This document shows positions 59,615-64,000 of a stretch of DNA of 64,000 nt, in pieces (within the stretch, counting starts at the first letter, position 1; every line of letters starts with the position of its first letter). The translations under genes and the position numbers were made by a program. Origin of the DNA: an uncultured Bacillota bacterium (lineage in GTDB: Bacteria; Bacillota_I; Bacilli_A; RF39; UBA660); assembly GCA_900318075.1 (NCBI GenBank), contig ONJI01000020.1:5336-69335 (forward strand), in the 5' to 3' direction. The notes beneath the pieces are model-generated. The model saw only the letters and a list, made by a program, of their open reading frames with translations. It was not told where the DNA came from and ran no database searches.

Positions 59615-61582
59615 GTGAGTGATTTTATGAAAAAGTCTAGAATGGGTTTAAAAATTCTAATATTCTTTTTAATTATATTCACTCTATCTTATTGTGGCAT
59701 TTATCTATATGCGAAAATGTCACCTAAGCTTTCGATTAAGGGAGCGAATGGTTATTATTTATATGATAATAATGGAGAACTTTATACTAATGCTTCTAAA
59801 GACTGGGTTAGTTTAGAAAATATTTCTGATTATTTGATTAATTCGACTATTTCAATTGAAGATAAGAATTTTTACAAACATCATGGTTTTGATTTTTTGC
59901 GTATTATTAAAGCAATGATGATCAATGTCAAAAGTAAGAGTGCTAGCCAAGGGGCATCAACTATTACTCAGCAACTTTCTAAAAATTTGTTTTTAGATTT
60001 TGATAAAACTTGGTCCCGTAAAATGAAGGAAGCCTGGATTACAATAAGGTTAGAGTCACATTACAATAAAGATAAAATACTTGAAGGTTATTTAAATACG
60101 ATAAATTATGGTGGAATATTCGGAATTGAAAATGCTTCGCAATACTATTTTGGTAAAGAGGCAAAGAATTTAAGTTTAGCAGAAGCAAGTATATTAGCTG
60201 GAATTCCAAAAAATCCAAGTAAATACTCGCCTTTATTAAATTTTGATAAGGCTAAGGAAAGACAAAAAATTATTTTAGAATCTCTAGTCAAAAATAAATA
60301 TATCAGTAAGGCTGATGCTAATAAAGCATATGGTGAAGAACTTGCTTTTAAAAGAGGCAAAGATGATGAGAGTTTAAAGATGATAATGTATTATCAAGAT
60401 GCAGTAATGAGTGAACTATCAAATATAAGTTCTATTCCTTCTTCTTTCACACAAACAGGTGGGCTTAAAATATATACTAATTTAAATGTCGACGCTCAAA
60501 AGATGCTTGAGGATAGTAGTAATAAAAATATAACTAACGAAAATATTGAACTTGCTGGCATTGTTATGGATCCTAGCAGTGGTAAAATACTAGCTCTAAC
60601 TGGGGGCAAGGATTATGATAAAAGTGAATTTAACAGAGCTACGCAAGCAAAAAGACAGGTTGGATCTACTATTAAGCCTTTTTTATACTATTCAGCTTTG
60701 GAAAATGGTTTTACACCTTCAACTACCTTTACAAGTGAAAAAACTACTTTTAGTTTTTCAGGAGGTAAAACTTATACACCCAAAAACTACAATGATAAAT
60801 ATGCAGAAGGGCCTATTAGTTTAGCTGCGGCTATAAGTTATTCAGATAATGTATATGCGGTTAAAACGCATTTGTTTTTAGGTGATGATGTTCTTCCTGA
60901 TATTTTAAGAAGAGTTGGAATAAATTACAGTTTTTCTAATTTACCATCTCTTGCTTTAGGAGCAGAAGAAATTGATATGCTCAGTATGATGGGAGCTTAT
61001 GCAACCTTAGCTAATGAAGGTTATAAAGTTAAGCCTTATTTTATAAGTAAGGTTACCGATATGGAAGGAAATGTTTTATACGAGTACTCGCCAAAGCCGG
61101 AAAGCATTTTAAATAAAAGTACAGTTTATATTTTAAATGAGCTTTTGACAACTACTTATGCGAAAGAGTTTACTGATTACAATTCTCCTACTTGCCTTAG
61201 TATTTTACCTAAAATGACTCATAAATATGCGATTAAAAGTGGAACAACTAATACTGATAATCTAATATTTGGTTATAACAAATCATTATTAGTTGGCCTT
61301 TGGACTGGTTATGACGATAATAAAAGTGTTGATAGTACAGATAGTTCTAATCTTAAAAATATGTGGGTGGATATTATGGAGGAATATTTAGTAGGAAAGA
61401 CTGATGAAGAAACTTGGTATGAACAGCCTAATAATGTCGTGGGGGTGGCTATTGATCCGGTAAGTGGTGAAGTAGCAGAAAATGGTAATAAGGCTAAGGT
61501 GCTTTACTATATTAAAGGTACAGAGCCTACCAAGGAAAAATCTTCTTTAGATGATGTCATACCGACTGTAAAATTAGAATAA
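59615..61582 (+). CDS. Class A penicillin-binding protein (bifunctional transglycosylase/transpeptidase, PBP1A family)
   Basis: N-terminal TM. GT51 motifs EDKNFYKHHGFD and ASTITQQL. Transpeptidase motifs STIKP, SDN (SYSDNVYA) and KSGTT. 655 aa. Bidirectional terminator at 61586-61612. Confidence 0.85.
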   Translation: MSDFMKKSRMGLKILIFFLIIFTLSYCGIYLYAKMSPKLSIKGANGYYLYDNNGELYTNASKDWVSLENISDYLINSTISIEDKNFYKHHGFDFLRIIKAMMINVKSKSASQGASTITQQLSKNLFLDFDKTWSRKMKEAWITIRLESHYNKDKILEGYLNTINYGGIFGIENASQYYFGKEAKNLSLAEASILAGIPKNPSKYSPLLNFDKAKERQKIILESLVKNKYISKADANKAYGEELAFKRGKDDESLKMIMYYQDAVMSELSNISSIPSSFTQTGGLKIYTNLNVDAQKMLEDSSNKNITNENIELAGIVMDPSSGKILALTGGKDYDKSEFNRATQAKRQVGSTIKPFLYYSALENGFTPSTTFTSEKTTFSFSGGKTYTPKNYNDKYAEGPISLAAAISYSDNVYAVKTHLFLGDDVLPDILRRVGINYSFSNLPSLALGAEEIDMLSMMGAYATLANEGYKVKPYFISKVTDMEGNVLYEYSPKPESILNKSTVYILNELLTTTYAKEFTDYNSPTCLSILPKMTHKYAIKSGTTNTDNLIFGYNKSLLVGLWTGYDDNKSVDSTDSSNLKNMWVDIMEEYLVGKTDEETWYEQPNNVVGVAIDPVSGEVAENGNKAKVLYYIKGTEPTKEKSSLDDVIPTVKLE

Positions 61583-61610
61583 AAAAATCACAATTTTTTA
61601 AAATTGTGAT

Positions 61611-62384
61611 TTATTTTGTTCCTACTGTACTTGTTTCTGGTAAAGTTGAACCCCCATCGATTACAATGCCTTGACCAGTTATATAACTCGATCTATCTGA
61701 TGCAAGATAAGCTGTTAGATCTCCTAGTTCTTCAATTGATCCGAGTCTTTGCATTGGTATAGCGCTGGCAATACCGTCAATTACAGACTGAGGATTATTT
61801 GGATCACTTTGAACAGCTATTTTTTCAACCATTGGTGTTAAGATGTAGCCTGGCATTATAGCATTTACTCTTATATTTCTAGAAACAAGTTCTGCTGCCA
61901 AGCTTTTTGTAAATCCAAGTATAGCAGCTTTAGTAGTAGCATAGGCCACTTCTCCAGGGTCTGCAACCATAGGCCCTGTCACGCTTGACAAATTGATTAT
62001 TGAGCCTTTTTCCATATAAGATAAAACTGCTTTTGTAACATTCCAAGTTCCTTTAATATTTATATCAAAATGAAAATCTCTAGTCTCATCATCCATTTCA
62101 GTGAACGGAGCAAGTTTGGCAACACCAGCATTGTTTACTAATATATCGATATTACCTAATCTTTTATGAATGTCTTCTATAGTTTTATTTACCATATCTT
62201 TATTTCTAATATCGACTTTGTACCCAAGAACACCGCTACCTAAAGTTTTAACTGTTTCTGTTAGTTCATCAGCATAATCCAATATAGCTACTTTAACTCC
62301 CTCTTTTAAAAATACTTTAACTATTCCAAGACCATTTCCCATGGCTCCGCCAGTAACTACAGCTACTTTTCCTTCTAAATTCAT
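61611..62384 (-). CDS. Short-chain dehydrogenase/reductase (SDR) family oxidoreductase
   Basis: VAVVTGGAMGNGLGI is the TGxxxGxG Rossmann motif. NNAG. YATTKAAILGFTKS is the YxxxK catalytic motif. 257 aa. Confidence 0.8.
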   Translation of the reverse strand: MNLEGKVAVVTGGAMGNGLGIVKVFLKEGVKVAILDYADELTETVKTLGSGVLGYKVDIRNKDMVNKTIEDIHKRLGNIDILVNNAGVAKLAPFTEMDDETRDFHFDINIKGTWNVTKAVLSYMEKGSIINLSSVTGPMVADPGEVAYATTKAAILGFTKSLAAELVSRNIRVNAIMPGYILTPMVEKIAVQSDPNNPQSVIDGIASAIPMQRLGSIEELGDLTAYLASDRSSYITGQGIVIDGGSTLPETSTVGTK

Positions 62385-62956
62385 TATTCTTCCTCCATTT
62401 CTATTATTTCTAGTTTATCTTCTGTTTTTACATTAAAAGCATTAGCATCATCAGTATCTAGATGAAGTTCAAAGCTAGAACTATCAGCTATTTTTAAATA
62501 AACATTTTCTATTATTCCCGCTTTTTCGCCATCTATTCTAATCTTTACCTTTTTTACATTTTCTAGATGATATTGCTTAAGTTCTTGTGGGGTAATGTGA
62601 ATATGACGATTAGCAATTATGCACCCTTCATTTAAATATATTTTCCCATCATCACCTATCAAAGTAATTGGGCTTGAGTTTTTAATATCACCTGAATCTC
62701 TAACTGGTGGGTCTACTTTTAAATAGTGACTATCTGTTCTAGATATTTCTACCTGATCGTATTTTCTAAATGGTCCAACAATTCTAACTTTTGAAATTTC
62801 TTTATCACCATTTTTTATGGTAACAAATTTATTAGAGGCAAACTGACCCGGCTGTTTTAAATATTTAACTACTTCTAATGGTTCTTTAAACAATTTACTA
62901 TATGTTTCTTTTGTTAAATGAACATGTCTATTTGATACTCCTAATACTACTTTCAT
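62384..62956 (-). CDS. pduL: PduL-like phosphate acyltransferase (phosphate propanoyl/acetyltransferase)
   Basis: Duplicated motif GVSNRHVHL and IANRHIHI in the two halves of a 190-aa protein, characteristic of PduL. Its stop overlaps the SDR start. Confidence 0.65.
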   Translation of the reverse strand: MKVVLGVSNRHVHLTKETYSKLFKEPLEVVKYLKQPGQFASNKFVTIKNGDKEISKVRIVGPFRKYDQVEISRTDSHYLKVDPPVRDSGDIKNSSPITLIGDDGKIYLNEGCIIANRHIHITPQELKQYHLENVKKVKIRIDGEKAGIIENVYLKIADSSSFELHLDTDDANAFNVKTEDKLEIIEMEEE

Positions 62957-63012
62957 TTTATCACCATTTTAAGTATAAATCTTTTTTTATGATATTGCAA
63001 GAAAAGGAGCAT

Positions 63013-63684
63013 CTATTCTGATGCCCCTTCTATGCTTGGTAATCTGATATCTTCTATTTGATTGATGTTTGTGAAAGTAAATGATATATGTTTATTTTCA
63101 TCTATAATTAGTATAAATTCGGTAATCTGATTATTATTTATTTTAATATATAATTTATAATCCTGATTATCATCATATTTTATAGAACTATTTGCTCGGG
63201 CATTAAATTTTTCGATGAAGTTTTTAATTATATTTTTAGGTGTTTTTAATAAGATTGTAGCATCACCATTATATTTTGAATTATTTAATACCTCTAATAT
63301 CATTGAATGATATGATTCATATGAAATGGTTTCTTTTTTAAAGATTTCGTTTCCATTTTGATCATTAGTTTTAGTATATTTTTCTTTATTATTAAAATCA
63401 TCATATTCATATAGGTTATTTGACATATCATTAAATTTTTCAGTGCTGTCTTTATAGGTATATCTAATAAGTGAATAATCTGATTTTGGGTTTTCTTTTT
63501 GCTTTTTATAATATGTGACGCTGGCATCATAATTATAATTATTAAATTCTTTAACAATTTCTAAATCATTATATTTGATATTATCTTCTTTTTTTTCTAT
63601 AGATTTTGGTTTTATATTTATCATGGTAATAAATAATATAAATACTAAAGAAATTATCATTAATGTTAAATATATTTTTTTCAT
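63013..63684 (-). CDS. Hypothetical exported protein (signal anchor, Asn/Tyr/Lys-rich)
   Basis: The RBS-supported start (GGAGGAAATATG) gives MKKIYLTLMIISLVFILFITMINIK. No recognisable domain. Terminator at about 62975-63010. Confidence 0.45.
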   Translation of the reverse strand: MKKIYLTLMIISLVFILFITMINIKPKSIEKKEDNIKYNDLEIVKEFNNYNYDASVTYYKKQKENPKSDYSLIRYTYKDSTEKFNDMSNNLYEYDDFNNKEKYTKTNDQNGNEIFKKETISYESYHSMILEVLNNSKYNGDATILLKTPKNIIKNFIEKFNARANSSIKYDDNQDYKLYIKINNNQITEFILIIDENKHISFTFTNINQIEDIRLPSIEGASE

Positions 63685-63695
63685 ATTTCCTCCAC

Positions 63696-64000
63696 TTATA
63701 CTACCCATCCGCCAACACAATCATGCCATGTACATTGTGATGCCCAAACATTACCACCTTGGCAAACATTAGAACAACTATCTGAACAGCATTTACCATT
63801 ACTCCAATATGTCCCTGATCCTTCATTTATACATGTTCGATAGTTGAATCCTGAGAAGCATTGAGCTGTACATTGATTAGTAATTGAAACACAGCTATCC
63901 CATACGTAGCAGCCGCTCCAGTAGCCACCTGAAACGCAACTATCCCAAGATGAAACATATGTTGTAAATTGGGTTGCATCTGAACAGTTACCAGCCGCAT
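63696..64000 (-). CDS. Cys/Trp/Ser-rich secreted protein, C-terminal fragment. The 5' end lies beyond the right window edge.
   Basis: Minus-strand translation ...NCSDATQFTTYVSSWDSCVSGGYWSGCYVWDSCVSITNQCTAQCFSGFNYRTCINEGSGTYWSNGKCCSDSCSNVCQGGNVWASQCTWHDCVGGWVV-stop. Stop at 63696-63698. 14 Cys in about 100 aa, with recurring W-[SD]-S-C-V-S units. Confidence 0.45.
   Translation of the reverse strand, partial: AAGNCSDATQFTTYVSSWDSCVSGGYWSGCYVWDSCVSITNQCTAQCFSGFNYRTCINEGSGTYWSNGKCCSDSCSNVCQGGNVWASQCTWHDCVGGWVV

Overview
This is a 64-kb chromosomal window from a very AT-rich (about 28% GC) Gram-positive Firmicute, most likely Clostridia-like. It is a spore-former, because spoIIP and gpr are present. 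Gene density is high and about 80% of the coding sequence is on the minus strand. Most of the window is ordinary housekeeping: LemA plus a DUF2207 protein, a GH31 glycosidase, pyk, ftsW, rpmF-yceD, a tightly packed lepA-orf83-hemW-HD-thyA-folA-tmk string, valS, rnhB, a ytxH/DUF948 module, trmB, efp, rpmG, two PBPs, nfo, spoIIP-gpr-rpsT, mutM, serS, polA, polC, rnr, prfA-prmC and rpoE. I found no rRNA, tRNA or CRISPR. There are three T-box leaders: a Leu-type leader at the left edge regulating an off-window gene, one ahead of valS, and one ahead of a three-gene operon that ends in serS. The only clear mobile element is an intact IS30-family insertion sequence (about 1.2 kb) with imperfect 25-bp inverted repeats and an unusually long 15-bp flanking direct repeat, lying between two tandem prepilin genes. 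Other items worth a second look: the valS T-box reads GGU at the specifier position; a histidine kinase-receiver hybrid has Gln where the phospho-accepting His should be; a Bro-N/DinD-like gene has its 3' half split by two A-run frameshifts; there is a 380-bp non-coding gap with a long-range inverted repeat; and a Cys-rich secreted protein is cut off at the window edge. I did not recognise a canonical defence island, toxin-antitoxin pair or prophage.
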